Assembly (NCBI RefSeq): GCF_000143415.4
Contig: NW_003314265.1
Location: forward strand, 2,373,181-2,437,180
Length of the DNA: 64,000 nt
Direction of reading: 5' to 3'
Source: Selaginella moellendorffii
Taxonomy: Eukaryota; Plantae; Lycopodiophyta
A program made the position numbers and the translations under genes. Below, piece by piece: positions 51,221 through 61,350 of this stretch (the first letter of the stretch is position 1; each line of letters opens with the position of its first letter). Under the pieces are notes generated by a model that worked only from the letters and a program-made list of their open reading frames with translations, searched no databases and was not told the origin of the DNA.

Positions 51221-52507
51221 ATGCAAGCCATGCGGCCCTCGCTCCCGGCGCACCGGCGGAGCAAGGAGAGCCCGCTCAGCTCCGACGCCATCTTCACGCA
51301 GAGCCACGCCGGCCTCTTCAACCTCTGCATCGTCGTGCTGGTGGCGGTGAACAGCCGGCTCATCATCGAGAATCTCATGAAGTATGGCCTCCTCATCCAG
51401 GCCGAGGTCCTCTTCAGCTCCAAGTCGCTCAAGGACTGGCCGCTCCTCATGTGTGGCCTCTCGCTGCTGATCTTCCCCCTCGCCGCCTATGTCATCGAGA
51501 AGATCAAGGCCCGCCGCCCCGCCACCGCCGTGGCGCCGCTCCACTTGATCAACCTCGCCGCCGCGCTGCTCTACCCGATCTACGTGATCGAGATGTTCCA
51601 GTCGGATCTCCTCTCGGGGCTGGTTCTCATGCTCATCGCCGTCACCGGCTGGCTCAAGCTCGTCTCCTACGCGCACACCAACGCCGACATCCGCGCGGTG
51701 AAGAAGGACGGTGGCAAGATCGAGCTCCCCGCCGAGGCGCCGGCGATCGACTACCCGGACAACATCTCGCTCAAGAACATCGCCTACTTCATGGCAGCGC
51801 CGACGCTGTGCTACCAGCTGAGCTACCCGCGCTCGCCGCGGATTAGAACCGGGTGGGTGCTCCGGCAGCTGGGCAAGTGGATCGTCTTCAACGGATTCAT
51901 GGGCTTCATCATCGGGCAGTACATGAATCCGATCATCCGGAACTCGACGCACCCGCTCAAGGGGAACTACCTCTACGCGATCGAGCGCGTGCTCAAGCTG
52001 TCCATCCCCACGCTCTACGTCTGGCTCGGCTTCTTCTACTGCTTCTTCCACCTGTGGCTCAACATCGTGGCGGAGATCCTGTGCTTCGGCGACCGCGAGT
52101 TCTACAAGGACTGGTGGAACGCCAAGTCGGTGGACGAGTACTGGCGGCTGTGGAACATGCCCGTCCACCGCTGGCTCGTCCGCCACGTCTACTTCCCGTG
52201 CCTCCGGCTGGGCCTCCACAAGCAGTTCGCCATTTTGGTGGTGTTCGTCATCTCCGGGATCTTTCACGAGATTTGCATCGCGGTGCCGTGCCACATGCTG
52301 CGGGGCTGGGCGTTTCTGGGGATCATGTTCCAGGTGCCGCTGGTTCTGGTGACCAACGTCCTCCAGCGCAAGTTCCAGAGCTCCATGGTCGGCAACATGA
52401 TCTTCTGGTTCTTCTTTTGCATCGTCGGGCAGCCGATGTGCGTGCTGCTCTACTATCACGACGTTGTCAACAGGCAGCAGCTCCAGCTAGCTGGGCGGTC
52501 CAAATAA
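51221..52507 (+). CDS. DGAT1: Diacylglycerol O-acyltransferase 1 (MBOAT) with an intronless CDS lacking most of the N-terminal extension; start at 51221 or 51230
   Basis: RPSLPAHRRSKESPLSSDAIFTQSHAGLFNL, RLIIENLMKYG, YFMAAPTLCYQ, FGDREFYKDWWN, WNMPVHRW.VRH.Y.P, catalytic FHE, and GNMIFWFFFCIVGQP. Confidence 0.95.
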   Translation: MQAMRPSLPAHRRSKESPLSSDAIFTQSHAGLFNLCIVVLVAVNSRLIIENLMKYGLLIQAEVLFSSKSLKDWPLLMCGLSLLIFPLAAYVIEKIKARRPATAVAPLHLINLAAALLYPIYVIEMFQSDLLSGLVLMLIAVTGWLKLVSYAHTNADIRAVKKDGGKIELPAEAPAIDYPDNISLKNIAYFMAAPTLCYQLSYPRSPRIRTGWVLRQLGKWIVFNGFMGFIIGQYMNPIIRNSTHPLKGNYLYAIERVLKLSIPTLYVWLGFFYCFFHLWLNIVAEILCFGDREFYKDWWNAKSVDEYWRLWNMPVHRWLVRHVYFPCLRLGLHKQFAILVVFVISGIFHEICIAVPCHMLRGWAFLGIMFQVPLVLVTNVLQRKFQSSMVGNMIFWFFFCIVGQPMCVLLYYHDVVNRQQLQLAGRSK

Positions 52508-52939
52508 TCCTTGGTGATATGTCATAGTTATGTCATAGCAAGGCCCCATGGTAGCAGCGAAATAATGATTAATCTACCTAAGATATATTCTTCCTGGATC
52601 GACGCAATCTTTTTTGTTGATCTTTAGTCCGAGGCAGCCGTCCTGGAGATGATAAGACACCTGAGGGACACGTAAGGTTTGGTAGGACTAGTAACCTTTG
52701 GAAACAAAGTCCTATGTCTCTCATGTCACCACAGGACTGTCTGTCACCATAGCGCATAAGAAAGGTTTGGAAAAACAAACCACGAATCGTCAAAGGAAGA
52801 GTGATCACGCACGAAAGCATTATGAGTAGCGACCTGTCCAACCATGGCTGGCTCTTTCGCTTTTGCGCATTGGAACTTTAAGACCTCCGAGCCCACAAGT
52901 TTCATTTTTATGTGGCGGCACAGTTGCCCATGTTTTTTT

Positions 52940-53090
52940 GGGGATCCAACAGCGTAGCGTTTGTCCCAGCTCGAGGTGGTGCACGAGGACAGGGTGAACT
53001 CGCTTGTCAAGGAGCATTAATTCGTAGACGAGGAGCCTGTGATCTCCGCCAATGAGGTTCTCGGCCTTTCTCAAGTTCAAGTCGTGAGTA
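52940..53090 (-). pseudogene. Small receptor-kinase fragment
   Basis: GGDHRLLVYE...(frameshift)...SSWDKRYAV resembles subdomains IV-VIa of the neighbouring lectin kinases. Confidence 0.55.
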
Positions 53091-53524
53091 TCTTCGTTCT
53101 GTTTCTTCCATTGTCAAAGCTCGCGCTCATCAAGTGTTTCTTACAGTTGCCAATATGAAGGTTGAGATCTTGCGTTGAGACACTATAAAAAGTATAAACT
53201 ATTATGTATTTATGTACTGATGTGTGTGTGCGCTTCTTAATAAAAAAGAATTTGATGACATTCATGATCTCGAACTCAAACTGGCTACATATATACATAT
53301 TAACCCCCAGGAGACGGCATAAAATTTAACAGTGACTTTGTCTAGAGAAACTCTTGGATTTCCGAAATGGTAAAAAGGCTGTGAACTTAAAGGAAAATTC
53401 AACATTTTCCATTGTTTATTTGCTTTGGAAACAACAAAGAAAGCTGCAATGCAGCTGGAAGGAAAGAGTACTGGACTTATATAAACAAAGTTTAGCAGGA
53501 AGTCAGCAAGCAAACAACGCAAGC

Positions 53525-54714
53525 ATGGGTGAGGGAAACTTTGCAAGAGCAGTGCGTCAAAAGGTTTGTGGTGCCGGGGAGGCGAATCAAGGCCCGGAGC
53601 TTGTCAGTGTTCCCAGGCCCGGAGCAGCCGAGCCCGGGAGTGTGGTGGTGCGCATCATTGCCAGGCCCATCCATCCCTTCGATCGCATCATCATCAAGCA
53701 GTCCTTCTCCATTGGGATCTTCGACAAGGGTGAGTTTGTTCCAGGGAGTGAAGGCTTTGGCATAGTTGAAGAGGTTGGTTTCATAGGGAAAAAGAAGAAG
53801 AAGAAATTCTGATCGTTTCCAATCTCTTGAAGGTGGGAGAAGGCGTAAGGCGTGTGAAGAAAGGGGATAGAGTGGTTCCTATATTTCTGTGGAACTATTT
53901 CTCTGCCAAACAAGGCTCTTGGCAGGATTTTGTCACTGTCTCGGAGAAAGACGTGATTTTGATGCCTCATGACATCTCCGACGAGGATGCGGCACAGCTG
54001 ATTATCAATCCTTGGACGGGCTATGGTCTTCTCAAGGATATCAATGCTCCAAAAGGAAGCTACGTCCTCCAGAATGGCGCTGGCTCGGTGCTTGGAAGGT
54101 AAATCTTTAGTAGAGTCCCTACTCTCACAAACGAAACGATCTTTCACGCACTAGGATCATTATCAAGCTTGCAAAGCACTGGGGCATCAAGACCATCAAC
54201 CTTGTGAGGCGTGACGAAATCAAGGAAGAGCTCAAGAGCATCGGTGCTGACGAAGTTCTCAACGTGACAAAAGAAGGTACAATTTACCCACACCCGATAA
54301 TTTCTAAGTTTGCGTGATCTTCGTGGGGAAGATGTTGCTGCTAAAGTGAAAGAACTTACAAATGGAGCCGGAGTGGAGGGAGCGATCGACATGGTATCGG
54401 GGTCGCAAACTAAGCTCGCTGCCGCTTGCGTGAAATCCGGTGGGAAAGTCTTCACTATCGGGAGCCTCGAATCATCGGACTCGGTGATATCGGTGAATGA
54501 TCTCGCGAGAAAAGTTTCCCATTCTTTCTGGAGCTTGACAGCTGCTTCAGGGGACATGCAAGAGCTGATGGCTAAAGAGATCCCAGAGCTCTTCCAGGCA
54601 AAGATCATAGGATCGCTTCCAGTGGTGGCTAAATTTCCTCTCGAGGACTACGAGACCGCCATGGAACAGGCAGAGAAGCAGGCCAGACAGGGCAAAGTCC
54701 TCCTTGTTGGATGA
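53525..54714 (+). CDS. Zinc-independent MDR oxidoreductase (quinone oxidoreductase / 2-enoyl thioester reductase-like); exons 53525-53773, 53833-54098, 54155-54276, 54332-54714
   Basis: RPIHPFD, PGSEGFG, VGEGV..VKKGDRV, AAQLIINPWT, VLQNGAGSVLGR, TINLVRR, GADEV and GKVLL. All three GT-AG introns preserve the frame. Confidence 0.88.
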
Positions 54715-54788
54715 CGAAGCTTTGAAATGGTCCCGTCCCGCGAGACTTTCTCCCACTCTATAGACTGAAGAGATTTCCTACTTGAATT

Positions 54789-57280
54789 CTATCTTGGATC
54801 GATCACCGACTGTGACAGTGGAGGAAGAAAGCTCGGACTATTCCCGCTCACCACTTCCTCCGAGGCTGGCGTTGGAAACGGCGGCACAGCCACCTCCAAG
54901 TCGGGCTCCTCCAGCATTTGCACCACCCGGCTCATGCTCGGCCTGGACCTGGCGTCGAGCTGGATGCACCAAAACGCCACCTTGATCATCCGCTCGAACT
55001 CGTTCCACTCCAAGTTTTTAAGCCCCGGGTCCGCGATGGCGTGGAGCTCTCCGGCCACGTACTTTTGAAAAGCCCACACTGGAAAGTAGCGGTTCTGGCC
55101 GATTCTCGACTTGTCGTTGCCGCTGAGCAGCTCCAGTAGCACCATGCCGTAGCTGTAGACGTCCACTTTGGAGGTGATGGGACGGTCGCCGACCCACTCG
55201 GGTGCCATGTAGCCTCGAGTTCCTCGGATGGTGGTCACATCGAGAGCCCGTTCTTTGTCAATGAGCTTGGCCAGGCCAAAGTCCGACACCTTTGGACAGA
55301 AGTTCTCGTCGAGGAGAACGTTTTGCGGCTTGATGTCGCAGTGGAGGACGCAATCGTAGCACTCCTCGTGCAAGTACGTGATGCCCTTTGCAACACCAAG
55401 AGCAATCGAGTACCTGTAAACCAACTTAGTAGACAAACTTTGGAAAGAGCACGAACATACCTCGTTCCCCAGAGATCGATACACTCTTGGTCCAGTGATC
55501 CGTTGCTCAGGAACTCGTAGACGAGTAAACGATGGCTTCCCTCAGCGCAGTAGCCCAAAAGTTTCACTAAGTTGACGTGATGAACCCTTCCAAGGGTGGC
55601 GACCTCGGCTTTAAACTGTTTCTCGCCGTGGCTGGCAGCTCCTTCAAGAGTTTTTACTGCCACCACCGTCATATCCGGAAGAACACCCTTGTAAACACTT
55701 CCGAATCCACCGGCCCCGAGCTTGCAGCTAAAATGGTTTGTGGCAACTTCCAGCTGCTCGTACGAGAACCATGTCGGGCCGCGGTGATCCTTGGCGGCTT
55801 TCTTCCACATTCCACGAAGAGATCTTCGCCAGCAGAACCACGCCGACAACGCGATGCACAAGAAACTGGCGAGCTCTCCAATTGCGATGGCAAAGACCAG
55901 TCTGTGACCCGCGTCAGAGAAGTAACTCCAGTTTCTCAAAGAATCGGGGAGTGACGGCGTATAAGCATCCAGGACCGTCACAAACACGTCCTCGGAGAAA
56001 GAAGTTGTCAATGGATCCAGTGCCGAAACTTTGAGAAGTGCGATGGAGGCCCGCTCCATTGCCTGGACACCATTGAAGAGTCTTCCATCTTCACCACCAA
56101 GAAGACTACAACGTTTTGTTCCCGCGAGCATGTACGTAGCACCCAGGCAGCGGCAATCCTTCAAACAAGAGACCTTGCACTGCTCGAGGGAAATCGGGTC
56201 TTTGGAGAGTTGTTGCAAAAGATTTCCAACGTACATGGCCCTCTGAACTTCCACCATCTTGCTCGCAGAAGAAGTAGCGTTACCGGAAGAACAGCTGAGG
56301 GGAAATTTGCGGACGCATCCGGCCGATTCACTGGAATCCACAGCATAAAATCCCGGTGGACACGAGCAGCTCTTCCTCGGCTTGTATCCACACAAGCCAA
56401 AAGCTCCACACGTCCCAAAAACTTCACATTCGAGCAATGCCGACTGCCATACCACTCTCCACCTTTTTTCCCTGCTGCCACAGCTATAACTCCTCAACGT
56501 TCCATTTTTTTCCAGCGTGAGCCTCCGGGTCACGCTCGTATCACCGAGATCTATCGGGTACTTTTGAGCGTTGTCGAACTTGTAGCGGTACCAGGAGCTT
56601 CCGTTGGCATCGAAAAAGGCAAGATGACCATCGATGCTGAAAGTGAACTTCGGAGTAGAAGTCATTGTCGACTCTGAGGTGTTGAGCTGCTTGTTGATGA
56701 TGCCCCAGTAGGAATGATTCAAGTAGTCCTGGAAGTAGAGTTCAATACCCCGTCTGTTCATGCTAAGCCGGTATTTTCCAGCGACCAAACTCGTATTTCC
56801 ACGAAGTTCTTGTCCAGGAAGGAGAGTATCTGTTGGGAAGTCAAAACTTTGCCAAATCCTGTCCGAGCTACGGTCGAGCAGCACAAAGTTGCCAGTTTCT
56901 TCCAAGGACGCGGTGGCGATAGAACAATTCTCACAGCGGACAAGCCATACTGTCATGGACTTGTCTGTAACGATGAGTCCAGTTTCTTTAAGCTCGAGCT
57001 CTCCAGTTTTGCCTACTTTGATCTTCGGTTTCTCGGTAGTGCTACCATTCTTGATGAGCGCTTCAGTGGCCTCCCATACTACTGTTCCTGTGCTTTGATG
57101 CCAGATTGCAAGAGTAAAGAGCTCACCAATCCCATCGCTTGTGTGGAATCCAAATGCAAAAGTGTTGTTAAGTGACATCCATGGTGGCTGCCTCGCACCA
57201 AGCTTGTCTCCCAGTCCAATCCCCTCGCAATTCAGCACCAGGAGCACCAGTAGAACTAGCGTCACTAGTTTTGCTGCCAT
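54789..57280 (-). CDS. G-type lectin S-receptor-like Ser/Thr kinase (SD2-like); exons 57280-55461 and 55413-54789
   Basis: Signal peptide, B-lectin (WQSFDFPTDTLLPGQ), EGF (CEVFGTCGAFGLC), PAN (C..SCLKDCRC), TM and kinase ([31 protein letters not shown]). A 47-bp GT-AG intron at 55414-55460 restores the frame. Confidence 0.92.
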
Positions 57281-57299
57281 CAGGAAAAAAACTTCTTGT

Positions 57300-57670
57300 T
57301 CTTTCTCCTGCAAATGAAACTCACTAATTAGAAAAGAAGTGAACTCTGAAAGCTATATCAGAACTACAATTTGACTTGGTCGATGTCAACTACAAGATAT
57401 CCTCCATGATTTCTCATATCCTTCTGAGTTTTGCTACGAATTCATGGCATTAAAAACAATTGAAAAAAAAACTGATCATACCTCACAAGAACTACTTATA
57501 ATAGTAGTATCCTTAGCAAAGTCAAGGTGAAAGTAGATGACTTTCACAACGATTGACTTGGGCTTTGATCAATTCAATCCGGGAACGTAACTCCAACGAA
57601 AGAACCACATAACTTAAAAAGTCAGAACCGCAAAACAGAAGAAAAACTTAGCGAGAGCAAGCTTTGGAGA
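57300..57670. promoter_or_regulatory. Shared divergent promoter with a W-box cluster
   Basis: TTGACT at 57371 and 57553, AGTCAA at 57520, GTCAA at 57385, and TGACT cores at 57538 and ~57620. Confidence 0.55.
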
Positions 57671-57674
57671 AACC

Positions 57675-60173
57675 ATGTCAGAAACAACATTCATGAAGCT
57701 ACTTACTCTCATGCTGCTGCTCTCTTCGACTTACTACAGCAGAGTCCTGGCCGACTTCTTGCGCGGAAGCACTGTCACAACAGGAAGCCCTTGGAGATCG
57801 CCTGGAGGAATCTTTGGATTTGGATTCGTAATGCCTGAGTCTTCAAGCACCCGGAACTTCAATTTCGCGATCTGGTATGATATAGACCCGAAGAAGACTG
57901 TCGTCTGGATGGCAATGGCAAACGGGCAGCTGGTCCAGGTGAGTGAAAATGCCAAGCTTGAGTTGAAAGCCGAGGGAGGACTTTCCGTCACTGCTGGCAA
58001 CAGCTCCGTCCCCTTCTGGCAAACCAATCCTGGACAGTGTTGTGCTGAAAGTGCTGCGCTGCTCGAGAACGGGAACTTAATTGTCCTTCGGAAAGACAAG
58101 AAAATTGCATGGCAGATCTTCGACTCTCCAACGAACAACCTTTTGCCCGAGCAGCAGCTCCGCACGCAAGGAAATCCGTCCTTGGGATACACGAGGTTGA
58201 TTTCTCGTGTATCTGGAGCATACCAGCTTGTTCTCAACAGTGGTCAGGTGCTGCTCAAGAACTTAAAGCTGGAGATCCCGCAAAAGTACTGGTCTATTGC
58301 AAATCCGACACTGAACTCCACCATGACTTGCCTGGATGATGAAACCGGAGAGCACGTCTTGAACAACAACGCTTGCCAGCCCGATCGTTCTCTCAAGTTC
58401 CCGGCCGTCTTGAACTTGAGCTCTCAAGGGGTCCTTTCCTTTTACGACGCAACTGGATAGAGCTGGATCAATGAGTTCACAAGACTACGCGCTTGATTAT
58501 GACGATGCAAATGTGTTGAGGAGACTTACGCTGGACGACGATAGCAATCTCAGGATCTACAGCTTCGGCCCGAAGAACAAGAGTGGCTCCTGGAGCATCG
58601 TCTGGCAAGCCGTCATGCACGAGTGCGACGTCTTTGGAACATGTGGACCTTTCGCTCTCTGCACCTACAGGCCCACAAAAACTTGCAGCTGTCCTCCTGG
58701 ATTTCACCGAGTTGATCCAAACGACGAATCGAAGGGATGTGACTACAACATACCTCTGGGAGGTTGTCAAAACTCCTCGAACTCGGTGAAGCTCGTCCAG
58801 GTGAATCGAGCAGACTACTACTTCAACGATTACAACTTCGACTCGACCATCAAGTCGCTCGAGAAGTGCAAGGACACCTGCATGCAAGACTGTAAGTGCC
58901 TGGCAGCCGCTTACAAGTACGACGGCACGGGCTTGTGCTTCCTCAAAGGCAGCTCCAACAAGCTCTACAACGGTAAGCAGACCTTAAACGAGATCAACAT
59001 GGTGTTTATGAAGTTGTCGAGCCTGGACACATCTGCAGCCGACGACCAGCACGATCCCTTCCTCGCGGATGCAAACGCCACAGTGAGTGACCAAGTCATG
59101 CCAAAGATAAACAAACGGACAGTCTACCTCTCGCGGCACCTCCACTCCATCATTCTGTCCGTGGCCATCGTCGAGCTCGGGCTGTTTGCCACTGGAGCCG
59201 CGGTCGTGGCGGCTGTGTGGAAGAAAATCTCCGGCAAGAAATGGGAGGAGATGACGGCAGAGATCGAGGGGCTCCCGACCAAGTTCACGTATCGCCAGCT
59301 CCAGGATGCTACGGAAAACTTCTGCAACGAGTTAGGCTCGGGAGGATTCGGGAGCGTGTATAGAGGAAACATACCGGAGAAAGGTGGTATTGTGGCCGTG
59401 AAGAAGATCACCACCGTGAACCAGGCCGAGAAGCAATTCAAAGCCGAGGTGAGCACGATTGGAAGAGTACACCACGTCAACTTGGTCCGCCTCCTCGGCT
59501 ACTGCGCTTATGGAAACCGCCACCTCCTCGTCTACTAGTTCATGCCAAACGGTTCTCTCGACCACCACCTCTCGGCCTCGTCCTCGTCTGCCGCCTCGCA
59601 AGAGATCTTCTCAACCTGGGAGACACGACACTCAATCGCGCTGGGGATTGCCAAAGGATTGACGTACCTCCACGAGAAGCGTGACGAGCGCATCGTCCAC
59701 TGCGATATCAAGCCACAAAACGTGCTGCTGGACGAGAGCTTCCGGGCTGGCGAGGATGATGAGAAAAGAATCGATGAGCATCACCACCGTGCAAGGAACC
59801 AGGGGATACCTGGCCCCGCCCCAAGGCCGACGTCTATAGCTTTGGGATGCTCCTGCTGGATACCTTGAGCGGCAAGAGGAAGGCCCTCATGGAGCTGAAG
59901 CAATACGAGAATGCGCCACTGCCACCGCCTGGCGAGTGGTATTTCCCGATCTATGCCTTCCAAAAGTACATGACCTCGGAGCTGGAGAGCATTGCCGATC
60001 CAAACCTGGCGAGCGGCAGCGTGGATTGGGAGCAATTCGAGACGGCGCTCAAGATCGCGCTGTGGTACCAGGATCCAGGATCTAGGCCAGCGATGAGCCG
60101 CGTGGTGCAGATCCTGGAGGGCAAAGCGGAGGCGCCGGCGCCGCCATTTCCAGACGCTGGCGAGGGTAATTGA
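57675..60173 (+). pseudogene. G-type lectin S-receptor-like kinase pseudogene
   Basis: Same domain series as the neighbouring kinase. TAG stops at 58458 and 59536, a frameshift at ~58470, and deletions removing the (PKVAD)F of DFG (~59745) and the EW segment after GYLAP (~59818). Confidence 0.9.
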
Positions 60174-61180
60174 AATAATAATAACTAAATTTAAAAAATT
60201 ATTATGTGATATTTTTCAATTATCTTGTCTATAACCATAATCATTCACCATTGCCATTTCATAGAAAGATCATAGTGAGAGGTGTGGTACTTCATTCATG
60301 GAATAAGGTGAATGGAATAATATGAAATGGAACAAGGTAATAGAATAGATGTTTGTGATCTTTGGCATCCTTTCATTATCTAAGTTTAAATATGGTTAAG
60401 GATATGTGATCTTAAGCCAAACCCTATATGAACTCTCTGCCAGCTCACTATTGCTGAGATTGAAGGTATTAAGCCCTCAGAAATCTTTTTATTTCTGGAG
60501 GTTCTCAACAACCATGAAGGTTGTTATTGGCCTTTTATAAGCTTTTAAAAATGATCTACCTGTTGAAAATAACTAGACTAAAAGGTGTTGACCAGAACTT
60601 GATCAATTACAGCATCTTTAGTGTCAAAATCCACACTATTTCCACAAACAGAATCCAAGGATACAATAGTGTGGCTACTAGAGGCGCCTAATTTATTGAG
60701 CATTGCAAGGAAGTGTGGGTGATGGAAGACTAAAGACCATTGCTTGGGAGCCCTGTGAGTGATCTTCTTTAATATACTTATTTCCTTTGACCCTTATGAC
60801 CTTAAAAAACAAAAAAAAAAAAAGTTATTCTGAGAATATTCTGTTATGTAAAAGTATAAAGCTTAAAAAAGGAGATTTACATAGATTGCACAAAGACATT
60901 TACCTGGGGAAAATTGGAGTCCAACACCAAACAGTAATGAAGATCTGGGTGGGATGTTTGCCGTTACATATATACCACCTATCCAGAGGCCCATGTAGCA
61001 TAATGATGGGCATCTAAATACACCATATAGCTCAAGTCAGCCACTCAAATTTCTTAATCTAGGTGCTGACCACTATTTTAATCATTTGAACAAATATGTC
61101 TTACACAAGATTAGATACAAAGTCTAAACTTTGTACTTTCTAAAAAAGTATACTGAGATTTTTCACTATTATTATTATTA
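60109..61180 (+). repeat. Segmental duplication copy 2 (paralog of 1-1240)
   Basis: Colinear with the window start at an offset of ~60.1 kb; ends at a (TTA)n tract. Confidence 0.9.
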
Positions 61181-61350
61181 AGTAAATTTGACCAATAAAA
61201 TACAAATATAAATATAGATCCGAACACTAAAAGCAATCTAAAAACACTTCTCAAGCTCCGTAACTGTAAGGCTTGTCTAGTGGATGTGATGGTCGATCTT
61301 AGGATCTTGATTTAGTTTATGCATAAAAATGTAATAGATGTGTTTGCAGG

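Noticed and set aside
50032-52507. Horizontal transfer as the explanation for the GC island
   Set aside because: Both proteins are clearly land-plant-type, so retroposition or intron loss is more parsimonious.
50023-52527. Long antisense and alternate-frame ORFs over SF3B4 and DGAT1 (e.g. 319 aa and 451 aa)
   Set aside because: Expected shadows of extreme GC3 codon usage, with no domain signatures.
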